A stretch of DNA of 32,000 nucleotides from an uncultured Actinomycetes bacterium (lineage in GTDB: Bacteria > Actinomycetota > Actinomycetes > S36-B12 > CAIYMF01): the NCBI GenBank assembly GCA_963843975.1, contig CAWJMG010000003.1, forward strand, positions 180,001 through 212,000, given 5' to 3'. Made by a program: the position numbers and the translations under genes. Shown in pieces: positions 11,379-18,865 of the stretch (position 1 is the first letter of the stretch; every line of letters starts with the position of its first letter). Below the pieces are notes generated by a model, which was not told the DNA's origin, ran no database searches, and saw only the letters and a list, made by a program, of their open reading frames with translations.

Positions 11379-12518
11379 GTGCGTGTCGTGGTGGTCGGAG
11401 CCGGTGCCTGGGGGCTCCCTGCGGCAGCGGAGCTCGCGCGCCGCGGTCACCAGGTGGTGCTGCTCGACCGGCACGGCGCCGCCCACCAGCTCGGGTCGTC
11501 GTCCGGCCCCACGCGCCTGTGGCGGCTCACCCACCCCGACCGGCTGCGGGTACGCCTCGCGCAGCGCTCGGTGGACGCCTGGGAGCGGCTCGAGAAGGAC
11601 AGCGGCATCACCGCGATCCTCCGTCGCGGCCTCCTCTGGCGCGACGACGTCACGACCCCGAGCGTCATCGACGCGCTGACTGCCGAAGGTGTGCCGCACG
11701 ACGTGGTCGAGGCCGGCGACGTCGGCCGCTTCTTCCCCGGCCTGCGTCCCGACGGCCGCACCGGTGTGTGGCAGGTGACGGCAGGCCCGGTGCTCGCGCG
11801 GGCTTCGCTCGACGCCCAGGTCGGGCTCTTCGCGATGGCGGGCGGCCGCATCGTGGTCGGCCCTGTCGTGCGCGAGATCGACACCTCCGACGCCACCGAG
11901 GTCGTCGTGCGCTGCGAGGACGGCCGCGAGTTCCGCGCCGACTCGGTCGTCCTCGCGCCTGGTGCGGGCGCGGGCCGGCTCCTCGAGTCCCTCGGCATCC
12001 CTGTCACCCTCAGCCCGGTCCTCGAGCAGGTGTGCCACGTCGGCGACCCCTCGGCCACCGACGCGATGCCGTGCCTGTACGACGGCCCGATGGGCGACGA
12101 GCCGGGCATGTACGCCATGCCGACCCCGGGCCGCGGCTACAAGCTCGGCATCGACCAGCCGCTGCGCGCATGGACCGAGGACGACGTCGACCGGGTGCCG
12201 AGCGCGGCGGTATCCGCCCACATCTCCCAACGGGTCACGCGCAACTTCACCGACCTCGACCCGACGGTCCTCGACGCCCAGGTCTGCACGTGGACCGACT
12301 CGCCCGACGGCCGGTTCATCGTCGACACGGTCGCCGACGGCCGGGTCGTGATCGCGTGCGGCGACTCGGGGGAGGGCTTCAAGTTCAGTGCCCTCATGGG
12401 GCTCGTGCTCGCCGACCTGGCCGACGGCGTGACGCGGGACGACGATGTCGCGTCGTTCTCGCTCGCCCGGTTCGGCGACGGGTCAGCTGTAGCCCGCCCG
12501 CACGTCCTCGGGCGCTAG
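11379..12518 (+). CDS. FAD-dependent oxidoreductase, sarcosine/N-methyltryptophan oxidase-like (DAO family)
   Basis: N-terminal Rossmann VVVVGAGAWGLPAAAELARRGHQVVLLDR. HQLGSSSGPTRLWR and the C-terminal CGDSGEGFKFSALMG resemble monomeric sarcosine oxidase motifs. Confidence 0.86.
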   Translation: MRVVVVGAGAWGLPAAAELARRGHQVVLLDRHGAAHQLGSSSGPTRLWRLTHPDRLRVRLAQRSVDAWERLEKDSGITAILRRGLLWRDDVTTPSVIDALTAEGVPHDVVEAGDVGRFFPGLRPDGRTGVWQVTAGPVLARASLDAQVGLFAMAGGRIVVGPVVREIDTSDATEVVVRCEDGREFRADSVVLAPGAGAGRLLESLGIPVTLSPVLEQVCHVGDPSATDAMPCLYDGPMGDEPGMYAMPTPGRGYKLGIDQPLRAWTEDDVDRVPSAAVSAHISQRVTRNFTDLDPTVLDAQVCTWTDSPDGRFIVDTVADGRVVIACGDSGEGFKFSALMGLVLADLADGVTRDDDVASFSLARFGDGSAVARPHVLGR

Positions 12519-12522
12519 CGCG

Positions 12523-13893
12523 TCAGGCCGCGCGCCCCGTGGCCATCGCCGCGATCTGCTCGGCCTCGACGTGCCGGAGGTCCGGGTTGAGCTCGAAGCC
12601 GTCGACGTGCGGGGCTCCGGCCGAGCCGGGCACGGGTGCGTCGTCCAGGTGCTTCAGCACGGGCATGAACAGCGTCGAAAGCGAGGCCAGCAGCAGCAGC
12701 GACGTCATGAAGATGAACACCGGCTGCGGCCCCCACGCCTCGACCAGCGGGCCCGCGATCAGATAGCCGAGCGGGCCTGCGGCGTACGCAGCCGAACCCA
12801 TCACGCCCACCACGCGTCCGCGCATCGCCTCAGGCGTGCGGTTCTGCATCGCGAGGTTCGTGATCGGGTTGATCGCCCCGAAGAAGACGCCGGTCAGCAC
12901 GGCGAGCCCGAGCATCGCGGGGTACGGCGGCAGGAATGCCATGCCCAGCACGGGGATCGCGGTGAGGATCAGGCTCAGCACGAACGCCGGCCGCCGCTTG
13001 AACCGGTGCCCGACCGCGGCGTACCCGAGGGCGCCGACGACGCCGCCGGCGCTCATCGCCGTGATCAGCAGGCCGAGCTTCGCGGGCTGGTCGACGGAGT
13101 TGAACAGCACCGGGAGCACGATGCCCTCGACGGGGAGCCACACGCCGACGAGCAGTGCGGTGAGGATCGCGACGGCGCGCAGGACGCGGTCGCGCCACAG
13201 GAAGCGCAGCCCCTCACGGGTCGAGCGCCAGAGGCCCTGCGGCCGCTCGGCCCGCGCGGGGCGGCCGCCGCCGGGCATACGAGTGGTGGCCATCGCGAGG
13301 GCGCTCACGGCGAAGACGCCGGCGGTGACCCAGAACGTGGTGGTCGTGCCGATGACGCCGATGAGGACGCCGCCGATGCCGGGGCCGAGGAGGTAGGCGA
13401 AGCCGTAAGCGCTCTCGTGGATGCCGTTGGCGCGGGCGAGCGGGATGCCGGCACGACGCGCAGCCTCGGGCAGCATCGTCTCGCGCGCTGTGAGGCCGGC
13501 CGGGTCGAAGACCGCGCCGAGCGCGGCGACGGCGAGGAGCAGCCCGAAGTCGAGCCCGACGGTGAGGGCCAGGACGGGCACGAGGACGACGCTCGTCATC
13601 GACAGCAGGTCGGCGACGACCGAGACCGCACGGCGGCCGACCATGTCGACGATCGTGCCGGCGAACAGCATCGACACCAGCAGCGGAAGCGCTGTGACCG
13701 CTGCGATCACGGCGGTGAGGCTGGCGTCTCCGGTCGTCTCGAGGACGAGCCAGGGGAACGCGACCATCGTGATGCCGTTGGCCGTGCCGGACAGGATCGC
13801 CGTCGTCTCGAGCACGACGAACGGGCGCCAGGTGCGGCGCGGCGCCGTCTCGGTGCGAGGCGTGGTGGGCGGGGGCGTGCTGGTGGAGGTCAT
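12523..13893 (-). CDS. MFS transporter
   Basis: Starts at ATG 13893 (MTSTSTPPPTTPRTE...) and has about 12 predicted TM segments. MFS loop motif AGTIVDMVGRR. The track ORF to 14082 is an overextension through the tetR 3' end. Confidence 0.87.
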   Translation of the reverse strand: MTSTSTPPPTTPRTETAPRRTWRPFVVLETTAILSGTANGITMVAFPWLVLETTGDASLTAVIAAVTALPLLVSMLFAGTIVDMVGRRAVSVVADLLSMTSVVLVPVLALTVGLDFGLLLAVAALGAVFDPAGLTARETMLPEAARRAGIPLARANGIHESAYGFAYLLGPGIGGVLIGVIGTTTTFWVTAGVFAVSALAMATTRMPGGGRPARAERPQGLWRSTREGLRFLWRDRVLRAVAILTALLVGVWLPVEGIVLPVLFNSVDQPAKLGLLITAMSAGGVVGALGYAAVGHRFKRRPAFVLSLILTAIPVLGMAFLPPYPAMLGLAVLTGVFFGAINPITNLAMQNRTPEAMRGRVVGVMGSAAYAAGPLGYLIAGPLVEAWGPQPVFIFMTSLLLLASLSTLFMPVLKHLDDAPVPGSAGAPHVDGFELNPDLRHVEAEQIAAMATGRAA

Positions 13894-13909
13894 GAGGATC
13901 AGCGCTGCA

Positions 13910-14512
13910 TCAGCGCGGGGTCGGGGGCGTGATGCCCGTGAGGGTGAGGGTGAGGACGTGGCGGGTCGCCGTCGCGGGTGCCACGCGGCCGTCGCGGACG
14001 CCGTTCCAGACGCCGAGCAGGATCCCGGTGAAGGCCTCGACGACGACCTCGGCCGGCACGTCGCCGCGGATGTCGCCCTCACGCTGGCCGCGCTCGACGA
14101 GCGAGTCCAGGGCCGAGGCCACCGAGAGCCAGGCGTCCTGCAGCTGCGGGAGGTCCCACACCTCGGGGCCGGCGTCCAGGAACGACAGCTCGTCGGCGAG
14201 GGGGAGCACCTCCTCGACGACGCGGGCCAGCACCTGCGGCGCGGGGTCGTCGTCCAGGCGGGCGGCGTCCAGGGCGGTCTGCAGCCGCGCGACGGCCTGC
14301 ATCGCCAGCGCGGTCAAGAGGTCGGCGCGGGTCGGGAAGATCCGGTGCACGGTCGTGCGTCCCACGCCGGCAGCCGCCGCGATCTCGGCGAGCGAGGCGC
14401 CCGAGTCGGTCGCGAGGAGCGCGGCCGCCGCCCGCAGCACGACGTCCCGCACAGGCTCCGGGGCAGGGGAGGACGCGGACGGGACGGAGCGAAGCGGACC
14501 AGCCATGTCCAT
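13910..14512 (-). CDS. TetR/AcrR-family transcriptional regulator
   Basis: MDMAGPLRS...VLRAAAALLATDSGASLAEIAAAAGVGRTTVHRIFPTRADLL is a TetR HTH. It lies immediately upstream of, and co-directional with, the MFS gene (16-nt gap). Confidence 0.87.
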   Translation of the reverse strand: MDMAGPLRSVPSASSPAPEPVRDVVLRAAAALLATDSGASLAEIAAAAGVGRTTVHRIFPTRADLLTALAMQAVARLQTALDAARLDDDPAPQVLARVVEEVLPLADELSFLDAGPEVWDLPQLQDAWLSVASALDSLVERGQREGDIRGDVPAEVVVEAFTGILLGVWNGVRDGRVAPATATRHVLTLTLTGITPPTPR

Positions 14513-14513
14513 A

Positions 14514-14533
14514 GTGGAACATAGTTGTTCCAC
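14514..14533. promoter_or_regulatory. Perfect palindromic candidate TetR operator GTGGAACA-N4-TGTTCCAC
   Basis: GTGGAACA (14514-14521), TAGT, TGTTCCAC (14526-14533). It starts 2 nt from the tetR ATG (14512). An extra TGTTCC half-site is at 14545-14550. On the minus strand the palindrome contains TATGTT, a TANNNT -10-like hexamer 5 nt before the ATG. Confidence 0.55.
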
Positions 14534-14669
14534 AGGATCAACCGTGTTCCGATCGGATGGTCGGTGTGCGGGCGTCCCCGGATCGTGCCCGGACCCGGCT
14601 CCAGGAGGTCGCGGGGTGGCGGGCGTGCCGGGAGGAGTCGGGGCCGCGGCGTTGGTTAGGTTCGTCCCC

Positions 14670-15398
14670 GTGAGCGACGCGACCCCAGAGATCACCTTCC
14701 GCAGCGACGTCACCGTCGAGCTGGTGAAGTCCTCGGCCTCCGACGCCGACGTGCTGTTCGCCGCCCGCGTCTCGACCAAGGGTGAGCAGTCCCTCGCCGA
14801 CGTCGACGGCGACGCGAGCCGCAGCCAGGGCCTCATCAACTACCTGATGCGGGACAGGCACGGCTCTCCCTTCGAACACACGTCGTTCACGTTCTTCGTG
14901 CGGGCACCGATCTTCATGTGGCGCGAGCACATGCGGCACCGCATCGCGTCGTACAACGAGGAGAGCGGCCGCTACCGCGAGCTCGAGCCCGTCTTCTACG
15001 TGCCTGCCCGCGAGCGCAACCTCGTGCAGGAGGGCAAGCCCGGCGCGTACGTGTTCGTGCCCGGCACCGACGAGCAGTCGGCCCTCGTGGAGGAGCAGGT
15101 CAAGGCCTCGTGCACCCAGGCGTACGCCGCCTACCAGGCGATGCTGGACGCCGGCGTCGCGCGCGAGGTGGCGCGGATCGTCCTGCCGGTGACCATCTTC
15201 TCCAGCGCATACGTCACGATGAACGCCCGTGCGCTGATGAACTTCCTGTCGCTGCGCACCAAGCGCGAGGGCTCGCACTTCCCGTCGTTCCCGCAGCGCG
15301 AGATCGAGATGGTCGCGGAGAAGTACGAGGCCGAGTTCGAGCGCCTGATGCCGTTGACGTACGCGGCGTTCCAGGCGAACGGCCGAGTGGCTCCGTGA
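14670..15398 (+). CDS. thyX: FAD-dependent thymidylate synthase
   Basis: GTG 14670. ThyX signature RHRIASYNEESGRY (RHRxxSxxxxSxR). LINYLMRDRHGSPFEH. It is the tail of track ORF 13929..15398. Confidence 0.93.
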   Translation: MSDATPEITFRSDVTVELVKSSASDADVLFAARVSTKGEQSLADVDGDASRSQGLINYLMRDRHGSPFEHTSFTFFVRAPIFMWREHMRHRIASYNEESGRYRELEPVFYVPARERNLVQEGKPGAYVFVPGTDEQSALVEEQVKASCTQAYAAYQAMLDAGVAREVARIVLPVTIFSSAYVTMNARALMNFLSLRTKREGSHFPSFPQREIEMVAEKYEAEFERLMPLTYAAFQANGRVAP

Positions 15399-15425
15399 GG
15401 CCGTAACCGCGATAACCTGAACGCC

Positions 15426-16361
15426 ATGCCGTCCTCGTCCACCCCCGCCTCGACGCCGCAGCGGCCGTTCGGCCGCATGCTCACCGCGATGGTGACCCCG
15501 TTCACCGCCGACGGTGCGCTCGACACCGCGGCCGCCGCCCGCCTCGCGACCGAGCTGGTCGACGACCTCGGCAACGACGGCCTCGTCATCAGCGGCACCA
15601 CCGGTGAGTCGCCCACCACGAGCGACGACGAGAAGGACCGCCTCCTTCGCGCTGTCATCGAGGCGGTCGGCGACCGCGCCCACGTGATCGCGGGCGTCGG
15701 CACCAACGACACCCGCCACACGATCGAGCTCTCGCGAGCGGCCGAGAAGGCCGGTGCGGCCGGTCTGCTCGTGGTGACGCCGTACTACAACAAGCCGCCG
15801 CAGGACTCGCTCTACGCCCACTTCACGGCTGTGGCCGACTCCACCGGCCTGCCGGTGATGCTCTACGACATCCCGGCCCGCGCCGGCGTCGCGATCGCCA
15901 CCGAGACGCTGCTGCGCCTCGCCGAGCACCCCCAGATCGTCGCCAACAAGGACGCCAAGGGCGACCTCTTCGCGGCCCAGCGGGTGATGTCGAGCTGCGA
16001 GCTCGTCTACTACTCCGGCGACGACGCCCTCAACCTTCCGCTGCTGTCGATCGGCGCCGTCGGTGCCGTCAGCGTCACCGGTCACCTCGTCGCCGACCGG
16101 ATCCTGGCGACGATCCTCGCGTACGAGTCGGGCGACGTCGCCCTCTCGCGCGAGCTGAACGACGAGCTCGTCCCGGTCACCGAGGCGATCATGACGCGAA
16201 CCCAAGGAGTCATCGCCGTGAAGGCAGCACTTGAGCACCAGGGTCGACCGGGCGGTGGCGCGCTCCGGCTGCCGCTGCTGCCGATGTCGGCGAAGGACCG
16301 TGAGCGGCTCGTCCGCGAGCTCGCAGAGGGCGGCGTCACCGGCTTCGAGTCGATCGCATGA
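15426..16361 (+). CDS. dapA: 4-hydroxy-tetrahydrodipicolinate synthase
   Basis: FGRMLTAMVTPFTADGALD...ISGTTGESPTTSDDEK...VIAGVGTNDT...LLVVTPYYNKP...YDIPARAGV...NKDAKGD is classical DapA. Confidence 0.95.
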   Translation: MPSSSTPASTPQRPFGRMLTAMVTPFTADGALDTAAAARLATELVDDLGNDGLVISGTTGESPTTSDDEKDRLLRAVIEAVGDRAHVIAGVGTNDTRHTIELSRAAEKAGAAGLLVVTPYYNKPPQDSLYAHFTAVADSTGLPVMLYDIPARAGVAIATETLLRLAEHPQIVANKDAKGDLFAAQRVMSSCELVYYSGDDALNLPLLSIGAVGAVSVTGHLVADRILATILAYESGDVALSRELNDELVPVTEAIMTRTQGVIAVKAALEHQGRPGGGALRLPLLPMSAKDRERLVRELAEGGVTGFESIA

Positions 16362-18043
16362 CCCACGCGCACCCCGAGCTCGGCACCCCGCCGCCGCTGC
16401 CGCCGAACGGCCTGCGCGTCGTCCCGCTCGGCGGGCTCGGCGACGTCGGCCGCAACATGACCGCGTTCGAGTACGGCGGCCGCCTGCTGATCATCGACTG
16501 CGGCGTGCTGTTCCCCGAGGACAGCCAGCCCGGCGTCGACCTGATCCTTCCCGACTTCGACTTCATCCGTGACCGGCTCGACGCCGTCGAGGCGATCGTG
16601 CTCACGCACGCGCACGAGGACCACATCGGTGCCGTGCCCTACCTGCTGCGCGAGCGCCAGGACATCCCGGTCTTCGGCTCGCGACTCACCCTCGCGCTGC
16701 TCGAGGCCAAGCTCAAGGAGCACCGGATCAACGGTGTCACCACGGTCGTGGTCGAGGGTGAGACCCGCAAGGTCGGGCCGTTCGACCTCGAGTTCGTCGC
16801 GGTCAACCACTCCATCCCGGACGCCCTCGCGATCTTCGTCTCGACGCCGGCCGGCACCGTGCTGCACACCGGCGACTTCAAGATGGACCAGCTGCCGCTC
16901 GACGGCCGCATCACCGACCTGCGCTCGTTCGCCCGGCTGGGGGAGCGCGGCGTCGACCTGTTCCTCGTCGACTCCACCAACGCCGAGGTGCCCGGATTCG
17001 TCGCGAGCGAGCGCGACATCGAGCCTGCGCTCGAGCGCACGTTCAACGCCGCGCAGGGACGCATCGTCGTGGCGTCGTTCGCGAGCCACATCCACCGCAT
17101 CCAGCAGATCATCGACATCGCGCTGCGGCACAACCGCAAGTTCGCGTTCTTCGGCCGCTCGATGGTGCGCAACATGGGCGTGGCGCGCGAGCTCGGCTAC
17201 CTCACCTTCCCGGACGGCGTGCTCCTCACCCCCGAGCAGCTGTCGCAGCTGCCCGACAACCAGGTCGTGCTGATCTGCACCGGCTCGCAGGGCGAGCCGA
17301 TGGCCGCGCTCTCGCGCATCGCCAACAACAGCCACCAGATCAAGGTCGGCCCGGGCGACACCGTGGTGCTGGCGTCGTCCCTCATCCCCGGCAACGAGAA
17401 CGCAGTGAGCCGCGTCATCAACGGGCTCACCCGGCTCGGCGCGAAGGTCGTGCACAAGGCCAACGCGATGGTCCACGTGAGCGGCCACGCCGCCTCGGGC
17501 GAGCTCCTCTACTGCTACAACATCGTCAAGCCCAAGAACGTCATGCCGGTGCACGGCGAGCCCCGCCACCTCAAGGCCAACGCCGAGCTCGCGCTCGCGA
17601 CCGGCGTCCCCGCGGAGCGGATCATGCTCACCCTCGACGGCGGTGTCATCGACCTCGTCGACGGCCGCGCGACCGTCGTCGGTGCGGTCCCCTGCGGCTA
17701 CGTCTACGTCGACGGCGCCAGCGTCGGCGACCTCACCGAGTCCTCGCTCAAGGACCGGCGCGTGCTGGGCTCCGAGGGCTTCATCACGTGCTTCGTCGTC
17801 GTCGACTCGGTCGAGGGCAAGGTCACCGCGGGCCCGGAGATCCACGCCCGCGGCTTCATCGAGGACGACGCGGCGTTCGACCCGGTCCTGCCGAAGATCA
17901 AGCAGGCCGTCGAGGACGCCCTGCGCGACGGCCTTGCCGACGAGTACGCCCTCGCCCAGGTCGTGCGCCGCACCCTCGGCCGCTGGGTCAACGACCAGCA
18001 CCGCCGCAAGCCGATGATCCTGCCGGTCGTCGTCGAAGCCTGA
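16358..18043 (+). CDS. rnj: Ribonuclease J
   Basis: LRVVPLGGLGDVGRNMTAFEYGGRLLIIDCGVLFPE...LTHAHEDHIGAVPYLL (metallo-beta-lactamase HxHxDH) plus beta-CASP region, 561 aa. ATGA overlap with the dapA stop. Confidence 0.95.
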   Translation: MTHAHPELGTPPPLPPNGLRVVPLGGLGDVGRNMTAFEYGGRLLIIDCGVLFPEDSQPGVDLILPDFDFIRDRLDAVEAIVLTHAHEDHIGAVPYLLRERQDIPVFGSRLTLALLEAKLKEHRINGVTTVVVEGETRKVGPFDLEFVAVNHSIPDALAIFVSTPAGTVLHTGDFKMDQLPLDGRITDLRSFARLGERGVDLFLVDSTNAEVPGFVASERDIEPALERTFNAAQGRIVVASFASHIHRIQQIIDIALRHNRKFAFFGRSMVRNMGVARELGYLTFPDGVLLTPEQLSQLPDNQVVLICTGSQGEPMAALSRIANNSHQIKVGPGDTVVLASSLIPGNENAVSRVINGLTRLGAKVVHKANAMVHVSGHAASGELLYCYNIVKPKNVMPVHGEPRHLKANAELALATGVPAERIMLTLDGGVIDLVDGRATVVGAVPCGYVYVDGASVGDLTESSLKDRRVLGSEGFITCFVVVDSVEGKVTAGPEIHARGFIEDDAAFDPVLPKIKQAVEDALRDGLADEYALAQVVRRTLGRWVNDQHRRKPMILPVVVEA

Positions 18044-18062
18044 CGGCTCCGCACCCCCAGCC

Positions 18063-18095
18063 AAGGCCCCCTTCGTTTGCGATGAAGGGGGCCTT
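18063..18095. terminator. Bidirectional terminator hairpin between convergent rnj and the P-loop kinase gene
   Basis: AAGGCCCCCTTC (18063-18074), 9-nt loop GTTTGCGAT, GAAGGGGGCCTT (18084-18095). This is a perfect 12-bp stem, 20 nt after the rnj stop and 22 nt from the minus-strand gene's stop. Confidence 0.75.
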
Positions 18096-18113
18096 CGTTG
18101 CTAAGAGCGCAAC
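18078..18113. repeat. Left copy of inverted repeat flanking the P-loop kinase gene
   Basis: TGCGATGAAGGGGGCCTTCGTTGC (18078-18101) is the exact reverse complement of 18753-18776. The match extends to 33/36 with 18102-18113 versus 18741-18752. It contains the small hairpin GTTGC-N7-GCAAC. Confidence 0.85.
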
Positions 18114-18116
18114 AAA

Positions 18117-18710
18117 CTAGGCATTCATCGAGGGCTCACATCCGTCGGTCACGCTTTGGCGGACAGCCGCGGCGACACCCGGGACGTCCACGAAGGAAGA
18201 CGTGTCGATCTCGATCACCCGGCCGAACCGCAACGGCGCTGCCGTCGAGAGCACCTCGTCGAAGGACCCGAGCAGGTCGGCGTCGTAGTGCCCTGGGTGC
18301 CGCTGCCGCCCGACGTACCGGGCCCGGACGATCTCCGGCGGGCAGGCACACCACACCTCAATGACACGGTCGATGCGGGCCCGGTCCAGACCTGCACGGA
18401 CGACGTCGCGGATCGACGAAGCGAGCCACGACTCGACGACGACCGGCACGGGGGAGTCGGCCACGAGGCGCCAGAGGACCTCGCCCGACGCCGCTCCGAT
18501 CCTGCGCGATTCTGCGCGGTCGGCGTACCCGAGCTCGTCGAGCAGGGTCTCCTTCACGGCGTCCTTGGACAGCAGGGCGATCCCGAGCTCGGCCGCGAGC
18601 GCCGTCGCCAGCGTCGTCTTGCCGGAACCCGGAGGCCCGTTGACGATCACCACCCACCGCACCGGCCCAGAATGCCCCACTCGCTGTCGGTCACCGGGCG
18701 CAGTCCCCAC
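18117..18710 (-). CDS. P-loop NTPase, AAA_33/nucleotide-kinase-like ATP-binding protein
   Basis: Walker A VVIVNGPPGSGKTTLATALA, followed by LLSKDAVKETL. About 180-197 aa. The first 14 codons from GTG 18710 have poor GC3, so GTG 18662 (VRWVVIVNGPPGSGKT) is the more likely start. Confidence 0.8.
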   Translation of the reverse strand: MGTAPGDRQRVGHSGPVRWVVIVNGPPGSGKTTLATALAAELGIALLSKDAVKETLLDELGYADRAESRRIGAASGEVLWRLVADSPVPVVVESWLASSIRDVVRAGLDRARIDRVIEVWCACPPEIVRARYVGRQRHPGHYDADLLGSFDEVLSTAAPLRFGRVIEIDTSSFVDVPGVAAAVRQSVTDGCEPSMNA

Positions 18711-18740
18711 AGATGGTCCGGTGTGGTGAAGGGTGGAAAA

Positions 18741-18776
18741 GTTGCGATCTATGCAACGAAGGCCCCCTTCATCGCA
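18741..18776. repeat. Right copy of inverted repeat flanking the P-loop kinase gene
   Basis: GTTGCGATCTATGCAACGAAGGCCCCCTTCATCGCA. Its last 24 nt are the exact reverse complement of 18078-18101. It is followed by a run of nine G (18778-18786). Confidence 0.85.
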
Positions 18777-18853
18777 CGGGGGGGGGCTACGGAGGGTGAG
18801 TCTGAGGTCAAGGTTGACGGTGTGGCGTGCGGGACTCCTGTGACGGATGTGGG

Positions 18854-18859
18854 TAGCCT
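18854..18859 (+). promoter_or_regulatory. Candidate -10 hexamer TAGCCT for a leaderless ftsK transcript
   Basis: TAGCCT lies 6 nt upstream of the ftsK ATG (18866). No Shine-Dalgarno sequence is present. It is the same hexamer as the candidate rpsO -10. Confidence 0.3.
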
Positions 18860-18865
18860 CGCTGC

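Noticed and set aside
18117-18710. P-loop kinase as a zeta-like toxin of a toxin-antitoxin pair
   Set aside because: There is no small partner ORF adjacent on the same strand. The flanks are a terminator and the ftsK promoter region. Family assignment beyond a P-loop kinase-like fold cannot be made by eye.
18078-18776. Calling the repeat-flanked kinase unit an IS element or MITE
   Set aside because: There is no transposase or integrase, no recognisable target-site duplication at the repeat ends, and only one unit visible in this window. It is reported as a repeat-flanked cassette hypothesis only.
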